A stretch of 42,442 nucleotides of DNA from an uncultured bacterium. Its GTDB lineage: Bacteria; Bacillota_I; Bacilli_A; RF39; UBA660. The DNA is taken from NCBI GenBank assembly GCA_949295285.1, contig CASFKI010000022.1:1-42442 (forward strand). Direction: 5' to 3'. The position numbers and the translations under genes were made by a program. Under the pieces are notes generated by a model. That model worked only from the letters and a program-made list of their open reading frames with translations. It had not been told where the DNA came from and ran no database searches. Below, piece by piece: positions 1 to 9,365 of the stretch; position 1 is the stretch's first letter, and the number at the start of each line of letters is the position of its first letter.

Positions 1-305
1 ATGTTGTGATTGCATCTTCGATTGTAAATTACATGAAATATAATATTGTGTATATAAATGTAATAGCAAATTTATCTGTTGATTGTAATTGTTGTTGGGT
101 TGTAGAAAATCCTTGCATTAAAGATATTGGTTTACTTATAAGTTTGGAATTTGATTGTTTTATACCAAATATTTATAGACTTAATATATAAATTCACAAT
201 AAAGGAAAACAAGATTTCATTGAGAGAAAATATATAATTGATACTATTGAAAGAGCAAGTGAATTAGTAATTAGTAATAGAGAATATAAATTAATAGAAT
301 TTTAA
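1..305 (+). pseudogene. 3' remnant of a DUF362-type Fe-S protein gene (degenerate)
   Basis: Frame 3 reads NLSVDCNCCWVVENPCIKDIGLL, resembling the family motif SVDCDCCxxxEDPCMxDIG. After TAA 189-191 the same frame continues GKQDFIER...DTIERASELVISNREYKLIEF* (stop 303-305). The FIDLIY segment lies in a shifted frame. The 5' part is outside the window. Confidence 0.6.
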
Positions 306-329
306 ATATATATAAAGTAGGTGAATATT

Positions 330-1955
330 ATGAATAATAAAATAACATATGTTTTTGGACATAAAAATCCTGATACGGATTCAGTGTGTGCTGCTATTGC
401 ACTATCATATCTTAAGAATCAATTAGGTATGAATACAATTCCTACAGTCCTTGGAAATATTAACTTGGAAACCAAATATGTACTTGATTATTTTGGTTTT
501 AAACATATATTTCATCTTGGAGATGTTAAATTACAAATAAAAGATGTTAATTATCATAGGAATTGTTATATTGATAAAAATTTATCTATTAAAGATGCTT
601 TTGATTATATGAATAAATATTCTTTAACAGGAATACCAGTTGTTGAAAATAAAAATAGGTATTTTGGTTATGTTTCATTAAAAGAAATAGCGAGAGAGAT
701 AATAAATGGTAATTATCATAAAATAAACACTTCATATGGTAATTTACTTAATATTTTAAATGGAGAAAAAGTGTTAAAATATGACAAAGAAATTAATGGT
801 AATGTAATAGCAGCAACTTATTCACATTCAACATTTATAGAAAAAGTTAAATTAGATGAAAGTAATATTTTAGTTATTGGAGATAGGCGTGCTATTTTAG
901 ATTATGCTATTTCATCTAAAGTAAAATTAATAGTTTTAGTAGCAGGTAGCAATATTGATACTGATTTATTAGTTAAAGCTAAGAATAATAAAATTAATAT
1001 TATTAAAACCGATTTACAAACATATGAAGTTAATAAACTATTGTTTATGTCTAATTATATTAAAAATGTAATGAGAAAGGAAGAAGCTTATACTCTAAAA
1101 GAAGTAGATTATCTATCAGATTTTTATGATATTAGTAGAACTTTAAAACATACAAATTATCCTATTTTAAATAATAAAAATGAATGTAAAGGACTTCTTA
1201 CATTAACTGATACAAATAATATAGAAAAGAAACAAGTAATACTAGTAGATCATAATAATTATAGTCAGAGTGTTGATGGCTTAGATGAAGCCGAAATATT
1301 AGAAGTAATAGATCATCACAATATAGGAGATATAGTAACAAAGAAACCAATAAATTTTAGAAATTCTAGAACTGGAAGTGTTAGTACAATTATATATGAT
1401 ATGTATAACGAAAATGGCGTTGAGATACCTTCAAATATTGCAGGTATTATGGCCTCAGCAATAATATCAGACACTTTATTATTATCATCTCCTACTACTA
1501 CCATAAGAGATAGTGATGCATTAATAAATTTATCAAAAATAGCTGGGATAGATTATAAAATATATGGAAAAGAAATGCTAAAGCAGGGAATGAGTATAAA
1601 GGGCTTATCACTAGAACAAATTTTAAATAAGGATTTTAAAAATTATAGGATTAATGATGATATGATTGGAATAGGACAAATACTTATTACTGATTTTAAT
1701 TCTATTAAGAAAAGAGTTAATGAAATATCAATATTTTTGGATGAAAAAGCAGAGAAAGAAGGATATAGAGTATTAACATTGTTTGTAACTGATTTTTTAG
1801 ATAATACATCTTATTGTATTTATAATAAAAATGCAGAAGAAATAATTAAAATAAGTTTTAAATTAGATAAAATTTATGAAGGTGTAGAAATTAAGGGAAT
1901 AATGTCTAGAAAAATACAAATTTTACCTAATATTATGGATACCCTTGATAAATAA
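330..1955 (+). CDS. ppaC: Mn-dependent family II inorganic pyrophosphatase with CBS-DRTGG insert
   Basis: GHKNPDTDS N-terminal motif, VDHN, DHH motif (IDHH), IISDT and C-terminal MSRK; central CBS/DRTGG region. ATG 330 follows AGGTG (ORF track starts at GTG 321). Confidence 0.93.
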   Translation: MNNKITYVFGHKNPDTDSVCAAIALSYLKNQLGMNTIPTVLGNINLETKYVLDYFGFKHIFHLGDVKLQIKDVNYHRNCYIDKNLSIKDAFDYMNKYSLTGIPVVENKNRYFGYVSLKEIAREIINGNYHKINTSYGNLLNILNGEKVLKYDKEINGNVIAATYSHSTFIEKVKLDESNILVIGDRRAILDYAISSKVKLIVLVAGSNIDTDLLVKAKNNKINIIKTDLQTYEVNKLLFMSNYIKNVMRKEEAYTLKEVDYLSDFYDISRTLKHTNYPILNNKNECKGLLTLTDTNNIEKKQVILVDHNNYSQSVDGLDEAEILEVIDHHNIGDIVTKKPINFRNSRTGSVSTIIYDMYNENGVEIPSNIAGIMASAIISDTLLLSSPTTTIRDSDALINLSKIAGIDYKIYGKEMLKQGMSIKGLSLEQILNKDFKNYRINDDMIGIGQILITDFNSIKKRVNEISIFLDEKAEKEGYRVLTLFVTDFLDNTSYCIYNKNAEEIIKISFKLDKIYEGVEIKGIMSRKIQILPNIMDTLDK

Positions 1956-2018
1956 ACTATTTATAAATTTATTACATAATTTTTAAAATTATTGTTAATA
2001 ATATTAGTGGTGAAGAAA

Positions 2019-2456
2019 ATGAATGAAAATATGGAATTGATAATGCATATATATAAAGATGCAGAAATGGGAGTATATACTACTACTAATTTATTAGATT
2101 TACTTTTGAATAAAGAAAATAAAATTAAGCATGTTTTAGAAAGTGAAATCAAAGAATATGAAAAATTTATGAACGAAGCTGAAAAAATACTATCAAGAAA
2201 TGAAGTTAAACCAAAGACTAGTGGTATTATGGCTAAGCTCGGGAGTGATATGGAAATTAAAATGGAAACAATTAAAGATAATAGTGACCCAGCTCTTGCG
2301 CAAATGCTAATTGAAGGTTTTACTATGGGAACGGTTAATATAAGTGCTAAAATTAAAAGATATTCTGCAGTAGCAGAAAAGAAATATTTAAAATTAGCAG
2401 AAAATTTTTTAAAGTTTCAAGAAAATGAAATAGAAAAATTAAAATCATTTTTGTAA
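2019..2456 (+). CDS. conserved hypothetical ferritin-like four-helix protein of spore-forming Firmicutes
   Basis: Helical protein with IYKDAEMG, LAQMLIEGFTMG and FQENEIEKLKSFL motifs. ATG 2019 follows GGTGA. Confidence 0.65.
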   Translation: MNENMELIMHIYKDAEMGVYTTTNLLDLLLNKENKIKHVLESEIKEYEKFMNEAEKILSRNEVKPKTSGIMAKLGSDMEIKMETIKDNSDPALAQMLIEGFTMGTVNISAKIKRYSAVAEKKYLKLAENFLKFQENEIEKLKSFL

Positions 2457-2482
2457 AAAATTTAATCAAAGATGATTTTTTT
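2441..2482 (+). terminator. intrinsic terminator overlapping the stop codon
   Basis: AAAATCATTTTTG / CAAAGATGATTTT stem (one G-U pair) followed by a T run. Confidence 0.55.
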
Positions 2483-2484
2483 AT

Positions 2485-2512
2485 TTGCATTTTCCAAAAA
2501 TATTGATATAAT
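2485..2512 (+). promoter_or_regulatory. sigma-A promoter
   Basis: TTGCAT-16 nt-TATAAT with extended -10 TG, upstream of the 2537 ATG. Confidence 0.6.
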
Positions 2513-2536
2513 CATATATAGTAGGGAAGGTGTGAT

Positions 2537-4195
2537 ATGAAAAAGTTTAAAAGTGGAGTTTTGGTATTATCAATTTTATTTATTTTAACGGGATGTATGA
2601 AATTTAATACCGGGATGAATATTAAAGATGACAAAAGTATGGATTTGTCAGTAGATTTAAAATTTTCAAGTCAATTATTAAGCGATTTATTAGGCGATTC
2701 ACAAGATGAGTTAATTGATAAAATTATACAAGCAGTAGCTGATGAAGAAGATACATCTTATATTGCTCAGAAGATAGAAGATGATGAATATCCAGGAGTT
2801 AGAATAATAAAAAATATTAAAAATATAGATGAGATATCTCAAGAAGGAAATGATATAAAAGTAAATATTAATGAATTATTTACAAAAGCATATAATAATG
2901 AAGAAATTGGGGATATCAAAATATTTAAAGTTACAAAAGGATTTTTAAAAGACACATATAAAGCTGATTTTGTAATAAGTGGAGAGTCATTTGATATTGA
3001 AGATAATACTGAGGATAATGTTGAAAATGCAACTTTGTCTGATGATAGCGTTTTGGGTCAAGAAAATAGTAGTGATGATGAATCATTAAGTTTACCTATA
3101 GATATTGAAGATTTTGGTGGTATGGAACAGTTAATGGAATTAGCAAAAGAGTTTGAATTTACATTTAATGTTAATATACCAAGAAAAAATATAAGCACTA
3201 ATTCTGAAAATGTTAGTGAAGATGGCAAAGAATTAAAATGGAATTTAACAAATTCATTAATGTCTGGTGAGACTTCAATTCAATTTGAATTTGATATTTT
3301 GAATAAAACTAATATTTATATGTTAGTTGGTGGAGTATTAGGATTAATTGGAATTATTATTATCATAGTAATAATTATTAATAGTAAGAAGAAAAAAGTT
3401 GCAAAAGAACCTATTCATACAGAATTTGAACAAAATGGTCAAACAAATAATGCAGAAAACAGTAATTTACAATCAACAGAAATATCTACAACTGAAATAA
3501 ATACTAATGATGTTAGTGCTTCTGTTGATAATACAATAAATCAAGTAACAACAAATACCAATTTTGTTGAAAGTGCAACTGTTGGAGCTGATGGAGTAAT
3601 AGTTGATAATTCAGCATTTGCAACAAATACTCAAATACCTACAAATAATGAGCCTCAAGTAATAGAACAAACATCAACATCAGATTCAAATTTAACTGCA
3701 TCAGTAGAAAATGCTTCAACAATTGCAACTTCTGAAGTGCAAACAGCACCTGTTGTTGAACCAACGCCGGAAGTAGATGTTGCGCCTACAATGGTAAGCA
3801 CTCCTGTAATTAAAAATAACACTAATGTAGAACCTTCTTCAAGTGTTGATACAATTCCAACAATAGAACCAGTACCAATAATGGAAACACCTGTAGTGGA
3901 TGTATCACCTAGTGTTGAGGTTCCATCTACAGAAGAATCAATTCCTGCAATCGAAGCTGTTCCTGAAGTGGCACAAACATCTATACCACAACCATCTGAT
4001 AGTTATGAATTTAAATTACCAGAAGAAACAGCATCTATTGATGCTCAAGTGACTGTAACTTCTGAAAATAAGAAACCAATGTTTGTATCGCAAACTTCTA
4101 CAACACCAGCTGTTGAAGAAATACCAGTTACAAATGAAATTAATATTGAGATGCCAAATATGGTGGATGTAAATCAAGAAAATAATCAACAATAA
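2537..4195 (+). CDS. LppM/DUF3153-like lipoprotein with internal TM helix and long acidic Pro/Thr/Val-rich tail
   Basis: Signal peptide with lipobox LTGC; domain ending FTFNVNIP...STNS...DGKELKWNL; hydrophobic helix (about aa 260-283) followed by KKKK; about 270-aa low-complexity tail. Confidence 0.7.
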   Translation: MKKFKSGVLVLSILFILTGCMKFNTGMNIKDDKSMDLSVDLKFSSQLLSDLLGDSQDELIDKIIQAVADEEDTSYIAQKIEDDEYPGVRIIKNIKNIDEISQEGNDIKVNINELFTKAYNNEEIGDIKIFKVTKGFLKDTYKADFVISGESFDIEDNTEDNVENATLSDDSVLGQENSSDDESLSLPIDIEDFGGMEQLMELAKEFEFTFNVNIPRKNISTNSENVSEDGKELKWNLTNSLMSGETSIQFEFDILNKTNIYMLVGGVLGLIGIIIIIVIIINSKKKKVAKEPIHTEFEQNGQTNNAENSNLQSTEISTTEINTNDVSASVDNTINQVTTNTNFVESATVGADGVIVDNSAFATNTQIPTNNEPQVIEQTSTSDSNLTASVENASTIATSEVQTAPVVEPTPEVDVAPTMVSTPVIKNNTNVEPSSSVDTIPTIEPVPIMETPVVDVSPSVEVPSTEESIPAIEAVPEVAQTSIPQPSDSYEFKLPEETASIDAQVTVTSENKKPMFVSQTSTTPAVEEIPVTNEINIEMPNMVDVNQENNQQ

Positions 4196-4197
4196 TA

Positions 4198-4228
4198 TAA
4201 AACCTTGCTATAAAATAGCAAGGTTTTA
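4198..4228 (+). terminator. intrinsic terminator (possibly bidirectional)
   Basis: Perfect 14-bp inverted repeat TAAAACCTTGCTAT-AAA-ATAGCAAGGTTTTA. Confidence 0.8.
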
Positions 4229-4290
4229 AAATTTAAAATATTTATATATTTTTTAGTATAATTATGTTAATATTATATTGGGTGAGTAAT

Positions 4291-5520
4291 ATGAATGAAG
4301 AATTAAAAAAAGCATTGTCTGATGAAAGAAAAAGGCAGGAAAATAATATTGAGTTGATAGCTAGTGAAAATTATGTTTCTAAGGCTATATTAAAACTTCA
4401 AGGAAGTATTTTAACTAATAAATATGCCGAAGGATATCCAAATAAAAGATATTATGGTGGCTGTCAATATATAGATATATTTGAAAGTAAAGCAATAGAA
4501 TATGCTTGTAAATTATTTGGTGCAAAATATGCAAATGTTCAACCTCATAGTGGAAGTAGTGCTAATATGGCTGTATATAGAGCATTAATTAGTCCAAAAG
4601 ATAAGGTACTTGGAATGTCTCTTGCACAAGGAGGGCATTTAACACATGGAAGCCCAGTTAATTTTAGTGGAATAGATTATTATATTATTGGTTATGAAAT
4701 AGATCCAGTAACTGAAAAATTAAATTATGATGAAATTGAAAAATTAGCAATAAAAGAAAAACCTAAAATGATAATAGCTGGTTCATCTGCTTATGCTGGT
4801 AGTATTGATTTTAAACGTTTTAGGGAAATTGCTGATAAAGTAGGTGCATACTTATTTGTCGACATGGCACATATTGCTGGATTAGTTGCAGCAGGTGAAC
4901 ATCAAAATCCAGTTCCTTATGCAGATGTTGTAAGTACAACAACTCATAAAACTTTAAGAGGTCCAAGAGGTGGATTAATTTTAACTAATAACGAGGAAAT
5001 TATAAAAAAGATAAATAAAGTTATATTTCCTGGTATTCAAGGAGGACCACTAATGCATGTGATTGCAGCTAAAGCGCAATGCTTTTATGAAGCGTTGCAA
5101 CCAGAATTTAAAACATATGCAAAAAATATTATTAAAAATGCGAAAGCAATGTCAAATGAATTTATTAAAAATGGTGTAAAAGTAATATCAGGAGCTACAG
5201 AGAATCATTTAATGTTAATAGATGTTAAAAAGAGTTTTAATATAACAGGTGCTGAAGCTGAAAAAATATTAGATAATATTTGTATTACAGTTAATAAAAA
5301 TTCAATTCCATATGATACAGAAAAGCCTAATGTAACAAGCGGACTTAGAATAGGGACACCGGCTATGACAACAAGGGGCTTAAAAGAAAAAGATTTTATA
5401 TTAATTGCAGATATTATTTGTGAAGCATTAACAAATTTTGATAATGATATAAAATTAAAAGAATTAAAAAATAAAGTTCTTGAAATTACAAAAAGATATC
5501 CTTTAAAAAATATAAAGTAG
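4291..5520 (+). CDS. glyA: serine hydroxymethyltransferase
   Basis: [21 protein letters not shown] and the PLP lysine motif [16 protein letters not shown] 4291 follows GGTGA. Confidence 0.97.
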   Translation: MNEELKKALSDERKRQENNIELIASENYVSKAILKLQGSILTNKYAEGYPNKRYYGGCQYIDIFESKAIEYACKLFGAKYANVQPHSGSSANMAVYRALISPKDKVLGMSLAQGGHLTHGSPVNFSGIDYYIIGYEIDPVTEKLNYDEIEKLAIKEKPKMIIAGSSAYAGSIDFKRFREIADKVGAYLFVDMAHIAGLVAAGEHQNPVPYADVVSTTTHKTLRGPRGGLILTNNEEIIKKINKVIFPGIQGGPLMHVIAAKAQCFYEALQPEFKTYAKNIIKNAKAMSNEFIKNGVKVISGATENHLMLIDVKKSFNITGAEAEKILDNICITVNKNSIPYDTEKPNVTSGLRIGTPAMTTRGLKEKDFILIADIICEALTNFDNDIKLKELKNKVLEITKRYPLKNIK

Positions 5521-5536
5521 ATAAAATCTACTTTTT
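5514..5536 (+). terminator. intrinsic terminator overlapping the glyA stop
   Basis: AAAGTAGAT-AAA-ATCTACTTT plus T tail. Confidence 0.7.
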
Positions 5537-5613
5537 ATTTTGAATTTAAAATAAATGCAAATAGTAGAAATTAATTGATTTTTTTGATATAATTTACAAT
5601 GGAGAAGGTAATT

Positions 5614-6522
5614 ATGTTGTTATTTGGAAAAAAGAAACAAAGGGAAAAATTAAAAAAAATATATAAAAAAAATATAGCTATAAATTCAGCAATATTTGTA
5701 ATTGGTTCTATAATATCTGCACTATCATTTAATCTATTTTGCGTTCCATACAATTTTGTTATTGGAGGTTTAGGTGGTGTTGCTATTATATTTAATGATT
5801 TATTAAATTTAAATTCTACTTTAGTATTATTGCTTGGAAACGCAATATTAATTATTTTAAGTGTATTTATGCTAGGATTTAAAGAATCTCTTATGAGTAT
5901 TGTTGGAGCTTCTATATATACTTTATTTGTATATTTTACTGAAAATATACCTTATTTAATTAATTTTTCTTTTGATAATATACTATTATATGTTTTAGCA
6001 GCTAGTTTTGGTATTGGATTTGGAGAGAGTTTAATATATAAATCAGGCTTTAATTCAGGTGGAACAAGTATATTAGCATTAATATTACAAAAATTTTTAA
6101 AGCAACCACTTGGTGTTATATTAAAATATATTGGATATATAATAATTTTATTAGGAGGATTTACTTTCGGATATACTGCAATTATGTATTCAATAATAAT
6201 AACTACAATTTCATCATATTTAATTGATAGATTCTTACTTGGAATAAGTTCTTCAAAAACATTTTTTATTCAAACTTCAATGAAAAGCGAAGTTGAAGAT
6301 TTTATAATAAAAAATATTAAAAGTGGTATTACTGAATTGGATAGTCAAGGAGTATTTTCTCATAAAAAAAGAACCATGCTTATGTGCGTTGTTCCAACCG
6401 AAAAATATTCGTTATTAAAAACCGCCATACGTGAAATAGATCCAGATTCATTTATTGTAGTAAGTGATTGTTATGAAGTTTTAGGTGGTACTAAGAGGAA
6501 AAAATTACTATTTGAAGATTAA
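5614..6522 (+). CDS. YitT family membrane protein with DUF2179 C-terminal domain
   Basis: Multiple TM helices, GGLGG and SGGT motifs, C-terminal IREIDPDSFIVV. ATG 5614 follows GGAG/AAGG. Confidence 0.88.
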   Translation: MLLFGKKKQREKLKKIYKKNIAINSAIFVIGSIISALSFNLFCVPYNFVIGGLGGVAIIFNDLLNLNSTLVLLLGNAILIILSVFMLGFKESLMSIVGASIYTLFVYFTENIPYLINFSFDNILLYVLAASFGIGFGESLIYKSGFNSGGTSILALILQKFLKQPLGVILKYIGYIIILLGGFTFGYTAIMYSIIITTISSYLIDRFLLGISSSKTFFIQTSMKSEVEDFIIKNIKSGITELDSQGVFSHKKRTMLMCVVPTEKYSLLKTAIREIDPDSFIVVSDCYEVLGGTKRKKLLFED

Positions 6523-6540
6523 ATAATTTTAATTTATAAT
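6512..6540 (+). promoter_or_regulatory. sigma-A promoter of the ftsEX operon
   Basis: TTGAAG-17 nt-TATAAT, then GGAGG RBS. Confidence 0.6.
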
Positions 6541-6557
6541 ATATATATGGAGGAAGT

Positions 6558-7256
6558 ATGCAGTTAATTGAACTTAATAATGTTTATAAAAGATATAATA
6601 ATGGAGTAAATGCTTTATGTGATGTTAATTTGAAAATTGCTAAGGGAGAATTTGTGTTTTTAATAGGGGCATCAGGTAGTGGAAAATCAACATTAATTAA
6701 GTTACTTTATAGACAAGAAAAACCAACAAGTGGAGAAGTATTTGTTGGAGGAGTAAATGTTTCTAAATTAAGAAATGGAAAAGTATATAAGTTAAGAAGA
6801 AAACTTGGAATTGTTTTTCAAGATTATAAATTATTACCTAAATTGACAGTATATGAAAATGTAGCATTTGCTCTTGAAGTATATGGTTTAAAAGAAATAG
6901 AAGTAAGAAAAAGAACAATAAAAGCATTGGAACAAGTAGGACTTAAAGATAAACTAAGAAGTTATCCTGATGAATTATCTGGTGGTGAGCAACAAAGAGT
7001 ATCAATAGCAAGAGCAATTGTTAATAATCCAAAAGTATTAATATGTGATGAACCAACTGGTAATTTAGATCCGGAAACATCATTAGAAATAATTAAAGTA
7101 ATTGATCAAATAAATAATGAATTAGGAACCACTATTATAATGGCTACGCATGATAAAGATATAGTAAATAGGATGAAAAAAAGAGTAATTATATTAGATA
7201 AAGGTTTAGTTCAAAAAGATATATTGAAAGGAAAGTATAGACGTGAGAGCGATTAG
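6558..7256 (+). CDS. ftsE: cell division ABC ATPase FtsE
   Basis: Walker A GASGSGKS, VFQDYKLL, LSGGEQQR, DEPTGNLD; followed by ftsX. Confidence 0.95.
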   Translation: MQLIELNNVYKRYNNGVNALCDVNLKIAKGEFVFLIGASGSGKSTLIKLLYRQEKPTSGEVFVGGVNVSKLRNGKVYKLRRKLGIVFQDYKLLPKLTVYENVAFALEVYGLKEIEVRKRTIKALEQVGLKDKLRSYPDELSGGEQQRVSIARAIVNNPKVLICDEPTGNLDPETSLEIIKVIDQINNELGTTIIMATHDKDIVNRMKKRVIILDKGLVQKDILKGKYRRESD

Positions 7257-8142
7257 AATTTTAGGAAGGAATATTAAAGAATCATTTAAAGGTGTATTTA
7301 GAAATTTCTCATTATCAATTGCAAGTATATCATGTATAACTATTACGTTAATATTAGTTGGTTTTAGTATTTTATTGTCTTTGAATGTAAATAACTTAAT
7401 TAAAGAAACAGAAAATGATTTAAATATTGTTATTTTTTTAGAAAAAGGTGTTAGTGATGAGGAAATACAAGAAATTGGGAATTCTATTAGAAAAATGGAA
7501 AATGTTAAGGAAGTAACATTTAATTCTAATGAAGAAATTAAATCACAATGGGAAGAAGAGTCTGAAGAATTATCAGGGATATTACAAAACTATACAGAAG
7601 AAACAAATCCATTACAAGATACATATTTAGTAAGAGTTGATGACATTAATAACATAGGTAAGACAGCAGATGAAATAAAAAAACTCAATAAAATTGATAT
7701 AGTTAAATATGGAGAGGGCGCTGTTGAAGAATTAGTTAAAATATTTGAAATAGTAAAAAAAGCAACTTATGTAGTTGTAATAGCATTAATTATTGTAACA
7801 GCCTTTTTAATAACTAATACAATCAAAATAACTATTCAATCAAGAAGAAGAGAAATTGAAATTAGAAGATTAGTTGGAGCAAGTAATATGTATATAAGAC
7901 AGCCTTTCTTTTTTGAAGGTATTATTCTTGGTATAATAGGTTCAATTGTTCCAATAATAGTATGTTGTTTTGGATATAAATATTTATATGATAGATTAGG
8001 AGGGCAAATTTTTACTGCTATATTTAAGCTAGTAAATCCAAATGAATATATTTATATGATATTATTAGTTCTTGTTTTAATAGGTGCTGTAGTTGGTGCA
8101 TTTGGAAGTTTTAGAGCAGTAAGAAAGTATTTAAAAATATGA
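7243..8142 (+). CDS. ftsX: cell division permease FtsX
   Basis: TM1, extracellular domain, RRREIEIRRLVGA motif and three C-terminal TMs; overlaps ftsE. Confidence 0.95.
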   Translation: MRAIRILGRNIKESFKGVFRNFSLSIASISCITITLILVGFSILLSLNVNNLIKETENDLNIVIFLEKGVSDEEIQEIGNSIRKMENVKEVTFNSNEEIKSQWEEESEELSGILQNYTEETNPLQDTYLVRVDDINNIGKTADEIKKLNKIDIVKYGEGAVEELVKIFEIVKKATYVVVIALIIVTAFLITNTIKITIQSRRREIEIRRLVGASNMYIRQPFFFEGIILGIIGSIVPIIVCCFGYKYLYDRLGGQIFTAIFKLVNPNEYIYMILLVLVLIGAVVGAFGSFRAVRKYLKI

Positions 8143-9338
8143 TAAAAAAAAGTAATAAATATATTATATTATTATTAATAATTAGTTTTGGGATTTTCTA
8201 TATAGCTATTGATACGGCTGATGCTACCTCTAATAATACAACTTTAAAAGATTTAAAAGATAAATTAGCAGAAGATCAAGCAAAAGTAAATGAAATTGAC
8301 AAAGAAAAAGATCAAGTAGCAAATAAAATAAAAAATATTGAGGATGAATTATCTGATATAGAGAAAGATATAAATGAATGTGATGAAAAAATAACAGAAG
8401 CACAAAATAAAATAGAAGAACTTAATGAAAATATTAAAATAAAACAAGAAGAAATAGATAATCTTATGTTATTTAAACAAATTTCTGATGGAGATAATGT
8501 ATTTCTTGAGTATATATTTAATTCTAAAACATTTACTGATTTTATATATAGGGTATCAATAGTAGAACAATTATCTAAGTATAATGATGAATTAATAGAT
8601 AGTATGTATGATTTAATTGATGAAAATGAAAAAGCAAAAGTAGAATTAAATAAAAAAATAGAAGAGAATGAAGCAAATATTGTTAAATTAAGTTCAACAT
8701 TAAAAAAATATAATTTATCTATGGATGATTTAATGGATGATCATAAAGATGCTAAAGAAGATTTGACTGCTAGTAAAAAAGAAGTAGAAGCATATGAAAA
8801 ATTATATGAACAATATGGTTGTAAAGAAACTGATTCTATTATAGATTGTATTGATGTTCCATATGCTGATGGGCTAACTAGACCTGTTATTTCTGGAAGA
8901 GTAACTAGTGAATATGGTCTTAGATATCATCCTACACTACATTATTATAAAATGCATGAAGGAATTGATATTGGTGTATCAATGGGTACTAAAGTTTATG
9001 CTAGTGCTGCTGGTATTGTAAGTAAAATTACAAGAGTGGCAAATCCAAACAAACCAAATTCTAGTTGCGGTGGAAATAAAGTATATATTAAACATAGAAT
9101 TAATGGAAAAGAATATACTACAGTATATATGCATTTACATACAATAAATGTAAGTTTAAACGATTATGTTACACTAAGTACAGTGATTGGTACATCTGGC
9201 GGTGGAGAATCTTATGATTATTGTACTACTGGACCACATTTGCATTTTGGTGTACAATATGGAGGAAATTATGTAAATCCAAGAAATTACGTTAAATTTC
9301 CATCAAAAAATACTAAATTTACTAGTAGATGGGATTAA
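8139..9338 (+). CDS. FtsEX-associated coiled-coil (CwlO/PcsB-like) M23 metallopeptidase
   Basis: Signal or anchor sequence, long coiled coil, M23 zinc motifs HEGID, YMHL and TGPHLHF. Confidence 0.9.
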   Translation: MIKKSNKYIILLLIISFGIFYIAIDTADATSNNTTLKDLKDKLAEDQAKVNEIDKEKDQVANKIKNIEDELSDIEKDINECDEKITEAQNKIEELNENIKIKQEEIDNLMLFKQISDGDNVFLEYIFNSKTFTDFIYRVSIVEQLSKYNDELIDSMYDLIDENEKAKVELNKKIEENEANIVKLSSTLKKYNLSMDDLMDDHKDAKEDLTASKKEVEAYEKLYEQYGCKETDSIIDCIDVPYADGLTRPVISGRVTSEYGLRYHPTLHYYKMHEGIDIGVSMGTKVYASAAGIVSKITRVANPNKPNSSCGGNKVYIKHRINGKEYTTVYMHLHTINVSLNDYVTLSTVIGTSGGGESYDYCTTGPHLHFGVQYGGNYVNPRNYVKFPSKNTKFTSRWD

Positions 9339-9351
9339 ACATCTACTTTTT
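9324..9351 (+). terminator. terminator-like hairpin between the M23 gene and whiA
   Basis: AGTAGATG-GGATTAAA-CATCTACT followed by a T run; overlaps the stop codon. Confidence 0.55.
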
Positions 9352-9365
9352 ATTAGGAGAAAATT

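Noticed and set aside
4229-4290. Riboswitch or T-box upstream of glyA
   Set aside because: The leader is too short and AT-rich, with no recognisable aptamer.
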